Below are positions 20,634 through 28,649 of a DNA stretch of 42,807 nucleotides, in pieces; within the stretch, counting starts at the first letter, position 1, and each line of letters opens with the position of its first letter. The notes under the pieces are model-generated. The model worked only from the letters and a program-made list of their open reading frames with translations. It did not search any database and was not told the origin of the DNA. This DNA is from Candidatus Iainarchaeum sp. (GTDB lineage: Archaea > B1Sed10-29 > WALL01): NCBI GenBank assembly GCA_021162685.1, contig JAGGYF010000031.1, positions 1-42,807 on the forward strand. The letters are read 5' to 3'. A program made the position numbers and the translations under genes.

Positions 20634-20978
20634 TCACGCAGGCTCGGCAATTGCTTTTTCCTCTTCCTCTAAAATCTTTATCTTTACCTTCCTTGGTGGG
20701 TTCTGTATACCACTCTTCCATATTAACCTGTTAAGTTGCTCAGAAATCAAAACATTCTCCTTCCTTGTGTGTTTTTTTAGGTATCTCTTTATTATTTGGA
20801 CTGCTGCCCTGGCTCTCTTTGTGCGAGGCTTCTCCCATGCATCTGACAGATTAACAGTATGGACTGTTTCCTTCATCTTCTTTGGTTTTGGTTTTTCCTC
20901 TATCTTTTTCTTCTTCTTTTGTTGTTCTTCCTTTGCCTTAACCTCTTCTTTTTTGCTTTCTTTCTCATCTGTCATCAT
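20634..20978 (-). CDS. rpl31e: 50S ribosomal protein L31e with Lys/Glu-rich N-terminal extension
   Basis: TVNL, PRTKRARAAV and LNRLIWKSGIQNPPRKVK motifs. Confidence 0.93.
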   Translation of the reverse strand: MMTDEKESKKEEVKAKEEQQKKKKKIEEKPKPKKMKETVHTVNLSDAWEKPRTKRARAAVQIIKRYLKKHTRKENVLISEQLNRLIWKSGIQNPPRKVKIKILEEEEKAIAEPA

Positions 20979-20986
20979 AATCCCCT

Positions 20987-21172
20987 CTACTCACTGTTTT
21001 TTAGTATTCTCCTTATCTTCTTACCCTTTTTCGTTCTTCTCCAGTGATGCTGTTTTGGGTTTACTGTCACGCTTCTATCTGTTTTCATCATCACCCAAAC
21101 AGGCACACGCTTGTTACTCTTTCTCATGCTTGTAAGCATTTCTTTAACCTTTTGGCTCTTTCTGCTTGGCAT
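20987..21172 (-). CDS. rpl39e: 50S ribosomal protein L39e
   Basis: NKRVPVWVMMKT..NPKQHHWRRTK motif. Confidence 0.94.
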   Translation of the reverse strand: MPSRKSQKVKEMLTSMRKSNKRVPVWVMMKTDRSVTVNPKQHHWRRTKKGKKIRRILKNSE

Positions 21173-21177
21173 AATCC

Positions 21178-21498
21178 TCACTTCCTTATGATTCTCGGTT
21201 CTCTCCTTCTACCTTGTATTTTATATAAAATTGTTTTGAGTTGATTATCATCTATTTTGGCTATTTGGCCAGATTGGTACAGGTATATAATCAAATTCTC
21301 AACCTGTGATGCAATTGTTGGGTTTGCTAATTTTAGATTTGTTAGTCTTGACCTTGCTTCTGTTGTAAGAACCCTTTTTAGTATCGCTTGTTTTTGTACC
21401 TCAATTGCTGCTGCCTTCTCCTCTGCTATCCTCTGCGCTTCCATTTGTTGTCTCAGAAACTGCATCTTCTTTTCCCTTATCTGCTCCAAATCACTCAT
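21178..21498 (-). CDS. PDCD5/TFAR19-like DNA-binding protein
   Basis: LTTEARSRLTNLKL and VENLIIYLYQSG motifs; conserved position after rps19e. Confidence 0.93.
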   Translation of the reverse strand: MSDLEQIREKKMQFLRQQMEAQRIAEEKAAAIEVQKQAILKRVLTTEARSRLTNLKLANPTIASQVENLIIYLYQSGQIAKIDDNQLKTILYKIQGRRREPRIIRK

Positions 21499-22000
21499 CC
21501 TTCTCCTCCTTTTTCTCTGATTTTTTAGCTGATTTTTTTGATTTCTTTGTCTTCTTCTCTGGTTTCTTCTGCTTTTTCTCCTTTCTTGGTATACTCTCTG
21601 CCGCTATCTTATCAAGTAATGATTGTCCTTTGCTCGTTATAATTCTTCCACCTTTCTTGTGCTTCTCAACAAGTCCTGCCTTTTCCAAACTCTGAAGTGC
21701 TGTTCTTATAATCTTCCCACTGGCGTCAACGTGCTTCTCTGGCTTAACTCCTCTATTCTTTTTTCCACCATACCATTTCCTAAGCTTTTGAACACCAATT
21801 GGTCCTTGTATGTATATTTTTCTCAAAATGGATGCGCAACGCACATACCACCAATCTGGATTATCTGGTTTTCTTTCAGCATGGGCTCCTGTTTTTACCC
21901 ATTTTGTCCATTCTGGTGCCTTCATCTCAGGCATTTGCTTAAACTGTTCTGCTACTTTTTGTATAATAACCTGTGCTGGTACATCATTGATAGATGCCAT
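21491..22000 (-). CDS. rps19e: 30S ribosomal protein S19e
   Basis: PEWTKWVKTG, DWWYVRCASILRK, SGKIIR and LQSLE motifs. Confidence 0.97.
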   Translation of the reverse strand: MASINDVPAQVIIQKVAEQFKQMPEMKAPEWTKWVKTGAHAERKPDNPDWWYVRCASILRKIYIQGPIGVQKLRKWYGGKKNRGVKPEKHVDASGKIIRTALQSLEKAGLVEKHKKGGRIITSKGQSLLDKIAAESIPRKEKKQKKPEKKTKKSKKSAKKSEKKEEKDE

Positions 22001-22095
22001 TAATACACCTCTGCTTCCGCTAACCTATATTGGACTCTTATGTGAGCTCACAAACAAACAACGCCGCTAGAAATGAGCCCTGGGCTGAGCTCTTC

Positions 22096-22446
22096 CTATT
22101 TTTCTGTTTTCTTCCTTTTTAAATGTTTGCTTTCTAGGTATAATCTTGATACATGGCCACATTCCTTGCAGGTTATAGTCATGTGTGGTTTTGGTCTGCT
22201 CTTCTTTCTTATGATTGCTGTTCTTCCTGGCTTTAAGTATATATAGCAGCCCTTACATATTCTTGCTTTCAGCTCCTTTGGAATCGTAACATTATACCTC
22301 CGCGACATGTATATTGCTAACCTACAATACCTCCTTGCCCTCTCCTTGTCTTTTTTTACCACACGAGATGCAAGCGAGATAAGTTGCTTTATGTGGTTTA
22401 ATGCTATCCTTTTTACCCATTTTGGCTTTTGCCTTCGTTTTCCCAT
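22096..22446 (-). CDS. rnp4: RNase P protein component 4 (Rpp21)
   Basis: ARRY, ICKGC...LKPG...TCKECG zinc ribbon; synteny. Confidence 0.92.
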   Translation of the reverse strand: MGKRRQKPKWVKRIALNHIKQLISLASRVVKKDKERARRYCRLAIYMSRRYNVTIPKELKARICKGCYIYLKPGRTAIIRKKSRPKPHMTITCKECGHVSRLYLESKHLKRKKTEK

Positions 22447-22506
22447 GTTTCACATAACACACTAAATATATAAAAATAAGATGCTATTATATGAAGCGGT
22501 GTTTGC

Positions 22507-22788
22507 TTGAAAAGGAAGAGCGATATAATAAATCTTGCAAAACTAACTGCAATCCAGATTGGTGTTTTCATCATATTTGAGGTCATTGTGTTCTTGCTCA
22601 TTGCTATTGGAGTTGTGCCAGCCTCATTGATGCTCACAACAATGGGCGTGCTAACATTAAGGATAAGTACTGTTTATCTTGTTCTCGCTGGCCTTGTGAT
22701 TGTGCTCGTATCTGCGTTTTGGCTTGCTATTCTTGTTCATTACAATATTGTTGAAGTGAAAGACATTGACTTGGGGTTTAGATGGTAA
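22507..22788 (+). CDS. Hypothetical two-TM membrane protein
   Basis: Two long hydrophobic segments; TTG start after a divergent TATA-rich spacer. Confidence 0.6.
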   Translation: MKRKSDIINLAKLTAIQIGVFIIFEVIVFLLIAIGVVPASLMLTTMGVLTLRISTVYLVLAGLVIVLVSAFWLAILVHYNIVEVKDIDLGFRW

Positions 22789-23550
22789 GTATTGTTATCT
22801 ATGACCTTAAAGGAAGAACTGTAAGCGAATGGTTTGTAAAAGAGCTTGAAAATTTTGTTATTATCACAAAGATATTTGATCACTTCAAACCAGAAGTGTT
22901 CCAAAAAGCAAAAAGATTATATCACAGAGGCTGTTGCAGAGCTTGCGATTTCAGCCATGCTAAATATCATGAGAAGAACCTATGAAGCAATGAGGCAGTG
23001 TGATGAGGGTGATTATGATTTTAGAAAATTGCTGAGCAATGAGTTGAATGGTAAAACACTTGGCATCATAGGATATGGAAGGATTGGTAAAAGGGTCGCT
23101 GAACTAGCAAAATGTTTTGGGATGAGGGTTGAGTACTATTCTAGGTCTAGTAAAACCATGGAACTGGATGAACTAATTAGAACATGTGACGTGATTTCTG
23201 TTCATTGCCCCCTTACAAAGGAGACTGTTAATCTTTTGGACGAAAATAGAATTAAAAAAATGAAAAGTGGGACTGTTTTAATAAATACATCAAGAGCAGA
23301 GATATGCGATATGGAAGTAATCATTGAGATGGCCAGCAAAGGTAGGATAAGGGCCTATTTTGATGAAATTATTGACAAGGAAGTAAGGGAGAGATGTAGA
23401 AAAAACAAAAACATATTCTTAACTCCTGATTATGGATGGTGGACAGAAGAGGCACAGGAAAGGTTGGAAAAGGAGACAATAGAGAACGTAAAGGCCTGGC
23501 TTAATGGTAAGCCAAAGAATGTTGTAGTAGGTCAGGGGGCTTCGAACTAA
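22782..23550 (+). pseudogene. Frameshifted/degenerate D-2-hydroxyacid dehydrogenase
   Basis: The N-terminal piece (MVSIVIYD...FQKAKR) and the main piece (EAVAE, GIIGYGRIG, HCPLT, INTSR) are in different frames, with the break near 22905-22920. The substrate domain is too short and the catalytic TPH is TPD. Confidence 0.75.
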
Positions 23551-23582
23551 TTATCAAAAGATTTATAAGAAGGGAAAGGGTG

Positions 23583-23632
23583 GGCTTCCCAGGGTAGCCA
23601 GGGGAAACCGTAGGTGTCCCCTAGGGACGCTG
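23583..23632. repeat. GC-rich palindromic (REP/MITE-like) element next to the tRNA-Val 3' end
   Basis: GGCTTCCCAGGGTAGCC, hairpin AGGGGAAACCGTAGGTGTCCCCT, then ACGCTG. The motif is shared with 12519-12540. Confidence 0.55.
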
Positions 23633-23635
23633 TAG

Positions 23636-23708
23636 TGGGCTTGGGCGGGTTCGAACCGCCGATCTCTGCCTTGTAAGGGCAGCGTCATAACCACTAGACC
23701 ACAAGCCC
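23636..23708 (-). tRNA. tRNA-Val(TAC)
   Basis: GGGCTTG acceptor stem, D-arm TAGTGG, anticodon arm CTGCC-CT-TAC-AA-GGCAG, GGCGG-TTCGAAC-CCGCC T-arm; CCA not encoded. Confidence 0.97.
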
Positions 23709-23763
23709 GCGCTCTTTATTTTGGGCATATATCTTTTTATATATTGAGGTGGTATGTGTAAAC

Positions 23764-24108
23764 ATGCACAGAATTGTATTATTGAAGATTGGTGGGAAAA
23801 GGTTGCAGCTAATAAAGATTGTTGGTGCGCTAATTGTTTGCGCTGCTTCCTTGGGTGTCCTTGATTCTATAGCTACGCTCTTTAGGATAATAAAACAGGT
23901 TGAGATTGCTAAGACCAGCGAACAAATTGCGTTATCTGTATTTGGGCTGCCACCAACAGCACTAACAAGTGATGTGGTCATGGGATTTTTTATGCTCCCA
24001 ACAGCGATATTTATGCTTTGGCTTGCTGTTTTTGTAATAGGGGCAATGGTATACAGAAGTGGTGGCGTTATCCTCCCAGTAGAGGAAAATGTTGAGATCT
24101 CAAAGTGA
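23764..24108 (+). CDS. Hypothetical membrane protein (2 TM)
   Basis: GAGGTGG RBS upstream; two hydrophobic helices. Confidence 0.65.
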   Translation: MHRIVLLKIGGKRLQLIKIVGALIVCAASLGVLDSIATLFRIIKQVEIAKTSEQIALSVFGLPPTALTSDVVMGFFMLPTAIFMLWLAVFVIGAMVYRSGGVILPVEENVEISK

Positions 24109-25326
24109 TGCGCCAACCACTATTGTTTTTACCTTCTTTGGTTTTGATATCTTTGCTTGCTTCAAGCCGACAAGCTTTGCTATTCCTTTTGAGTCCGCGA
24201 GTTCAACAAGCCTCTGTGTTATTATTCCATCAAACACAACTGCGTATATGCCCTTTGTATTCTTTATGGCATCTATCATTTCCGCAACTGGAACCTCTGC
24301 TATTACCTCATTGTTTTTGTTCACTAGTGCTGCCATCATACTTCCTTTTAATCCATCGTATATGTGCAATAGCCTCTCATCTTCTGGTTTTATGATGTGT
24401 CTATACTTTTCTCTTCTCCTTGTTGCAGTTCTCTGTGTCTGCCTCCTCTTTCTAAATTCAGGTCTCCTTGTCTGCTTTTTGATAGGTATCCTCAATGAAC
24501 TAACTTGTTTTAAGAACCTGTCCACTGGCATCTTATTACGTAGACATTTTATAATCTCCTTTTTCGTTAGCTCTTCCACCTCTTTTCCGTCTGGCGCTTT
24601 TGCAACATAATCTACTGCTCCTTCATAAACTAGCTGAGCAACGACCATGTCTCCTCCTCTATCCCCATCAACAAATGCTGTTACCTGTTTTTTCTTTGCC
24701 AATTCCACAACTGTTCGCGGTATCTTTTGTCCACTTAGTGCTATAACGTTTTTTATACCATAACTCAGAAGATTTAAAACATCTGCTCTTCCTTCAACAA
24801 CTATAATCTCCTCTGATGTATCTATATCTGGCCCTGCAGCCAACTTTTCCCTGCCATACTCTTGAAGCTCTGCCATCTTTGCCTCTGCTCTTACCTTTTC
24901 TGATATCTCCTTGCTTTCTGGGATTGTCTCTTCCATTTTCTCCAAAAGTTCTTTTGCTCTCTGGACTACAAACTGTCTCTTCGTTGAACGGGTGTCCTCT
25001 ATCTTCTCCACTGTTATCTTTGCTGTACACGGTCCTACTCTATCAACTGTTTCAAGTGCTGCTGCAATGATGGATGTCTCTGCCCTATCAAGAGAACTTG
25101 GGACAATGATGTGACCTATTGTTTTGCCACTCTTTGTCTCAACTGTTACCTCTATTCTTCCTATTCTGCCAGATTTCTGAAGTTCTCTTAGGTCAAGATC
25201 CTCTCCTAAAAGTCCCTCTGTTTGGCCAAAGATTGCTCCAACAATATCTGGCTTCTCCACAATGCCATCAATCTCTACTTTTCCTTTTATAACATACTTT
25301 ACTGTATCAATATACGTCTTGCCCAT
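24100..25326 (-). CDS. dnaG: Archaeal DnaG-type primase / exosome-associated protein
   Basis: DIVGAIFGQTEGLLG, ELQKSGRIGRI, TOPRIM VVEGRADV, DGDRGG and GKEVEEL motifs. Confidence 0.97.
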   Translation of the reverse strand: MGKTYIDTVKYVIKGKVEIDGIVEKPDIVGAIFGQTEGLLGEDLDLRELQKSGRIGRIEVTVETKSGKTIGHIIVPSSLDRAETSIIAAALETVDRVGPCTAKITVEKIEDTRSTKRQFVVQRAKELLEKMEETIPESKEISEKVRAEAKMAELQEYGREKLAAGPDIDTSEEIIVVEGRADVLNLLSYGIKNVIALSGQKIPRTVVELAKKKQVTAFVDGDRGGDMVVAQLVYEGAVDYVAKAPDGKEVEELTKKEIIKCLRNKMPVDRFLKQVSSLRIPIKKQTRRPEFRKRRQTQRTATRRREKYRHIIKPEDERLLHIYDGLKGSMMAALVNKNNEVIAEVPVAEMIDAIKNTKGIYAVVFDGIITQRLVELADSKGIAKLVGLKQAKISKPKKVKTIVVGASL

Positions 25327-25338
25327 AAATATCTCCTC

Positions 25339-25719
25339 CTATTCTTCTCTTATTTCTTCTATGATTTTGGGCAAGTCCTCGAATTGCACAACTCCAACCA
25401 GCTTGTTTAATTTTTCTCTATATGAGAGATCTGGTTGGATAGCCTCATTCAAGAAAAAGTTCTTGAGTTTTTCAGCAGCTTTATTTCCAAACGGGTCAAG
25501 ATCTGTTAGGATTATTGCTTTCTTCACGCCCTTCTGTGAAAGTGCCTGTGTGAGTTCACTGAGGGTTGTCTTGGAGAGTGTCATAATCTCACCATGCAAC
25601 CCTAGTCTGCTCAACGCTTTTTTGTCATTTATACCTTCAACGATAATCGGAACGCCCTGCAATAGTTCGTATTGCAGGTCATCCAATATCCTATCTATTT
25701 TGTCTCCCTTTGTCATCAT
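25339..25719 (-). CDS. Small TOPRIM-domain protein (UPF0292-like)
   Basis: IIVEGINDKKAL and ILTDLDPFG motifs; adjacent to dnaG as in many archaea. Confidence 0.9.
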   Translation of the reverse strand: MMTKGDKIDRILDDLQYELLQGVPIIVEGINDKKALSRLGLHGEIMTLSKTTLSELTQALSQKGVKKAIILTDLDPFGNKAAEKLKNFFLNEAIQPDLSYREKLNKLVGVVQFEDLPKIIEEIREE

Positions 25720-25994
25720 ATCCTTAATTTGTTTTTTATTTCATCTATTGTTAGGCCTTCAACAAGAATCCTCTTCTTGTTTGAACCAAGGCCAGATATG
25801 ATCTTGACTTCAGTATCAAGAACCTTTCTCAAATGGGCTAGCAATTCTCGGTTTGCCTTGCCCTTTTTTGGTTCACTCACCACCTTTATTTTTAGTTCTT
25901 TTGTCCACTCATCCACACCAACAATGCTGAATGCATCTGCGTTTGTGATGACGTGGACATCAATAACTACCCCAAAAGGGGTCTGAGTAAACAT
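25716..25994 (-). CDS. DUF167 / UPF0235 (YggU-like) protein
   Basis: LKIKV..PKKGKANRELL..VKIISG..S..K motif. Confidence 0.88.
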   Translation of the reverse strand: MFTQTPFGVVIDVHVITNADAFSIVGVDEWTKELKIKVVSEPKKGKANRELLAHLRKVLDTEVKIISGLGSNKKRILVEGLTIDEIKNKLRI

Positions 25995-26010
25995 AATACA
26001 TCACCAGGAT

Positions 26011-26130
26011 GTATGTTGCCCCATTGTAACACCCTCCTTCATAGCATATGCTTAGAGGGCTGACCAATGGGGCTGTACTGTTTCTTGTTGACTACCTCCT
26101 CATGAATCAGAGGTGTCACCCAGAAACAGC
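26011..26130 (-). ncRNA. Two-hairpin archaeal box H/ACA pseudouridylation guide RNA
   Basis: Hairpin 1: GCTGTTTCT/AGAAACAGT + ACA, with a CTGA-TTCA-TGAG K-loop-like apex. Hairpin 2: GCCCCATT/AATGGGGC + A-ACA. Both pockets lie 14 nt from ACA and complement conserved 23S rRNA sequences. TTTATAAA box 23 nt upstream. Confidence 0.8.
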
Positions 26131-26181
26131 ATTTATATTTGCAGTGGTTATTGTTTATAAATGTTATGTATATTTATTGCA

Positions 26182-26979
26182 CTATTTTGATGCCACGTAT
26201 TTTGTTATGTCTGTTTTTGTAATTATGCCATTTAATACATTTTTTTCTGAAACAATGACGCTTCCAACCCTCTTTTTAATCATAAGGTGTGCTGCTGTAG
26301 CTGCATCCGATTTTGGAGCAATTTTGACCAGTTCTGTCTTCATAATGTCCTCTACGATAAGAGGGACTAGAACTACGCTCTTTCTTTTCTTATTTTTTGA
26401 TGCTCTCACAATTCTTCTAGGTCTTAATCCAAACGTGGATAATGCAATGTCCTTCTGGGAGATTATACCATAGATCGGTGGTTCCCATACAACGAGCTGC
26501 TCAATGCCATATCTCTCCATTTCTTTCAATGCATGGAATATAGATTGTTGTGGTTTGATTGTTCTGACCTTTTTCTCCATGATGTCCTTTGCTTTGATAA
26601 TGCCTTTGTAGTAACTTGCAAAATACTTTGTGAAATCTGTCTTCGTCACTATGCCCATTATCTGTTTGTCATAGACAATTATTGCATGTGCATTTTTTGA
26701 GATAAGAACCCTGGCTGCATTCTCTACACGCGTGGTTGGCTTTACTTTTACAAAAGATTTGCTCATAATGTTCTTTGCTTGTATGCTGTCAATGGGCTTT
26801 CTTGATGCGAAAAACGCATCAGCCAAATCTTTGTCTGTTATTATTCCTATTGGTTTATCCTTATCAACAACAAGAAGAGAGCTTATCTTATGTCTAACCA
26901 ACATGTTTCGTACATGTGCAACAGTATCTGTTGGTGAGACAACATAAACTCTCGATGTCATGATTGCGTGTATTTCCAT
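26182..26979 (-). CDS. CBS-domain protein (4 CBS repeats)
   Basis: Repeated IM..V..V.P and GIIT..D motifs. Confidence 0.92.
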   Translation of the reverse strand: MEIHAIMTSRVYVVSPTDTVAHVRNMLVRHKISSLLVVDKDKPIGIITDKDLADAFFASRKPIDSIQAKNIMSKSFVKVKPTTRVENAARVLISKNAHAIIVYDKQIMGIVTKTDFTKYFASYYKGIIKAKDIMEKKVRTIKPQQSIFHALKEMERYGIEQLVVWEPPIYGIISQKDIALSTFGLRPRRIVRASKNKKRKSVVLVPLIVEDIMKTELVKIAPKSDAATAAHLMIKKRVGSVIVSEKNVLNGIITKTDITKYVASK

Positions 26980-26982
26980 GTG

Positions 26983-27522
26983 TTATTCACCTGCACACTC
27001 TTCACAGAGAAGTACACCATTTACCAACCTGAGGGACTCAGAATACTCACCACATCCCTCACAGATTCCAGAAAATCGTTTTTCTGGTTGTGTGCTATAC
27101 TCACTCCTCATTTTTGCTCTTTCAGAAACTATCTCAAACAAAGCAGGGGATAATGTAATAAGGTCTGTTTCTGTGATTATCCCAACTATTTTACCATCAT
27201 CAACAACAGGTAAACGTTTTATGGATAGGTCTCTCATGATTCTCATCGCCTCTTCTACATCTGTATCTGGGGTAATTGTTCGTATAGGGTGGCTCATTAC
27301 TTCTTTTACCTTTACCTTCTTTGGGTCTTTTTCCTTGGCAAAAACCCGTTCAAGTAGATTTGAATCTGTCAATATTCCTATTGGTTTCTTCTTTTCAGCT
27401 ACAATCACTGAACCTATGTCCAAATCAACCATATACCTCAATGCTTTATCACAGGTATCATCTGGACTGACTGTTATTACTCCCTTTCTCATTGCGTCTG
27501 ATACAGGTACTCCTACTGCCAT
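26983..27522 (-). CDS. CBS-pair protein with C-terminal zinc ribbon
   Basis: Two CBS repeats followed by GICEGCG...LCEEC. Confidence 0.92.
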   Translation of the reverse strand: MAVGVPVSDAMRKGVITVSPDDTCDKALRYMVDLDIGSVIVAEKKKPIGILTDSNLLERVFAKEKDPKKVKVKEVMSHPIRTITPDTDVEEAMRIMRDLSIKRLPVVDDGKIVGIITETDLITLSPALFEIVSERAKMRSEYSTQPEKRFSGICEGCGEYSESLRLVNGVLLCEECAGE

Positions 27523-27561
27523 GCTATCACTATTAAGTATTAGGAGCCAAAGGATTTAAAT

Positions 27562-27672
27562 TTATTCCTTCTCCTTCTTCTCTTTCTCCTCCTTTTCACA
27601 TTGTTTACATATCCCTCTTGATGTTAATTTTGTGTATCTTCCGCATCGCGGACAGTTCTGTTTAAATGACAT
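27562..27672 (-). CDS. 36-aa CxxC...CxxC zinc-finger microprotein (not in ORF track)
   Basis: MSFKQNCPRCGRYTKLTSRGICKQCEKEEKEKKEKE*. GGTGA RBS 4 nt before the ATG; fills the gap within a co-oriented operon. Confidence 0.75.
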   Translation of the reverse strand: MSFKQNCPRCGRYTKLTSRGICKQCEKEEKEKKEKE

Positions 27673-27676
27673 GTAT

Positions 27677-28297
27677 TCACCTTATTATTGCAATTACTCT
27701 TGCCTGCGCACCATCCACTCCATTTATTAGGAGAGGGAATGCATATATGTGACATTGTTGTGGTAGTTTATCCAAGTTTACAAGAAATTCAATAATCAGA
27801 ATATTTCTTGACAAAAGGTATTTATGTGTTTCAAAATTATATTTGCTGTCTCCTGGGCTTGTAGAGTCTATGCCTATCATCTTCGCTCCTTTTGCAGCTA
27901 AATACTTTGCTGCATCAAGCGTTAAATGAGGTTGCCTGTCTAATGATATTCCTCTTCTCATGATTCTTTTCATCTCTCCTGTCCTTATGAGAACTATATC
28001 TCCCCGTTTTATAGGTGCTTTTTTGAATGGCTCGCTGGTTATCTCCTTCTCTTTGCAATCAACAACAATTGCTCTTCCAAAAAAATGCTCTGGTTTGAAC
28101 TTATCTATGCTCTTCCCCTTTGTTAACATGTGCATCGGTGCGTCTATGTGCGTACCAATATGTGTTTGTAGAGATATAGAATGCTCGCACCATCCGTGCT
28201 TTTTTACTGTATTGACATTCTTTATCATTGGTTTTGGCTCGCCTGGATAAACAACCATATCTTCAGAGATAGGATATGTCAGGTCTACTACTCTCAT
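27677..28297 (-). CDS. Cyclase family metal-dependent hydrolase (kynurenine formamidase-like)
   Basis: HIGTHIDAPMH, LIRTG, GIDS and IIEFL motifs. Confidence 0.92.
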   Translation of the reverse strand: MRVVDLTYPISEDMVVYPGEPKPMIKNVNTVKKHGWCEHSISLQTHIGTHIDAPMHMLTKGKSIDKFKPEHFFGRAIVVDCKEKEITSEPFKKAPIKRGDIVLIRTGEMKRIMRRGISLDRQPHLTLDAAKYLAAKGAKMIGIDSTSPGDSKYNFETHKYLLSRNILIIEFLVNLDKLPQQCHIYAFPLLINGVDGAQARVIAIIR

Positions 28298-28301
28298 GCT
28301 A

Positions 28302-28649
28302 TCACAGCAATTTTAGTTTTGAGAAGACTTTGTCTATTTCTGGTTCTGGCGCTGGACCTGCTCCAAAACATGTTACTGTTCCTTCCTCTACTTGTGTTCT
28401 TCCAGCATCAACAACAAGTTTTGCTGGCAAGTACTTCTTAGCAGCATTATATAGGTCCATTAGTTCCTCCTTTGAATTAACTTTTAGCACAACTACCTTT
28501 TCACCTTCTGCTAACCAGCCAACTGCATAATCTGGTCGTATCCTAACTGCCTCAAGATAAGTATCAAGAACAGCATGACTTGCCTGTGCACACATCTTTC
28601 CTTTTCCCATTTCTATATCTGTTCTCATCACCACTGCCATCTTATACAT
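28302..28649 (-). CDS. pth: Peptidyl-tRNA hydrolase Pth2
   Basis: MGKGKMCAQASHA, KVVVLKV, DAGRTQV and GAGP motifs. Confidence 0.95.
   Translation of the reverse strand: MYKMAVVMRTDIEMGKGKMCAQASHAVLDTYLEAVRIRPDYAVGWLAEGEKVVVLKVNSKEELMDLYNAAKKYLPAKLVVDAGRTQVEEGTVTCFGAGPAPEPEIDKVFSKLKLL

Noticed and set aside
23570-23635. GC-rich segment as 5S rRNA or SRP RNA fragment
   Set aside because: Too short, and it lacks 5S or SRP helix-8 consensus motifs.
26048-26473. 141-aa plus-strand ORF
   Set aside because: Antisense to the CBS gene and to the H/ACA RNA; a shadow ORF.
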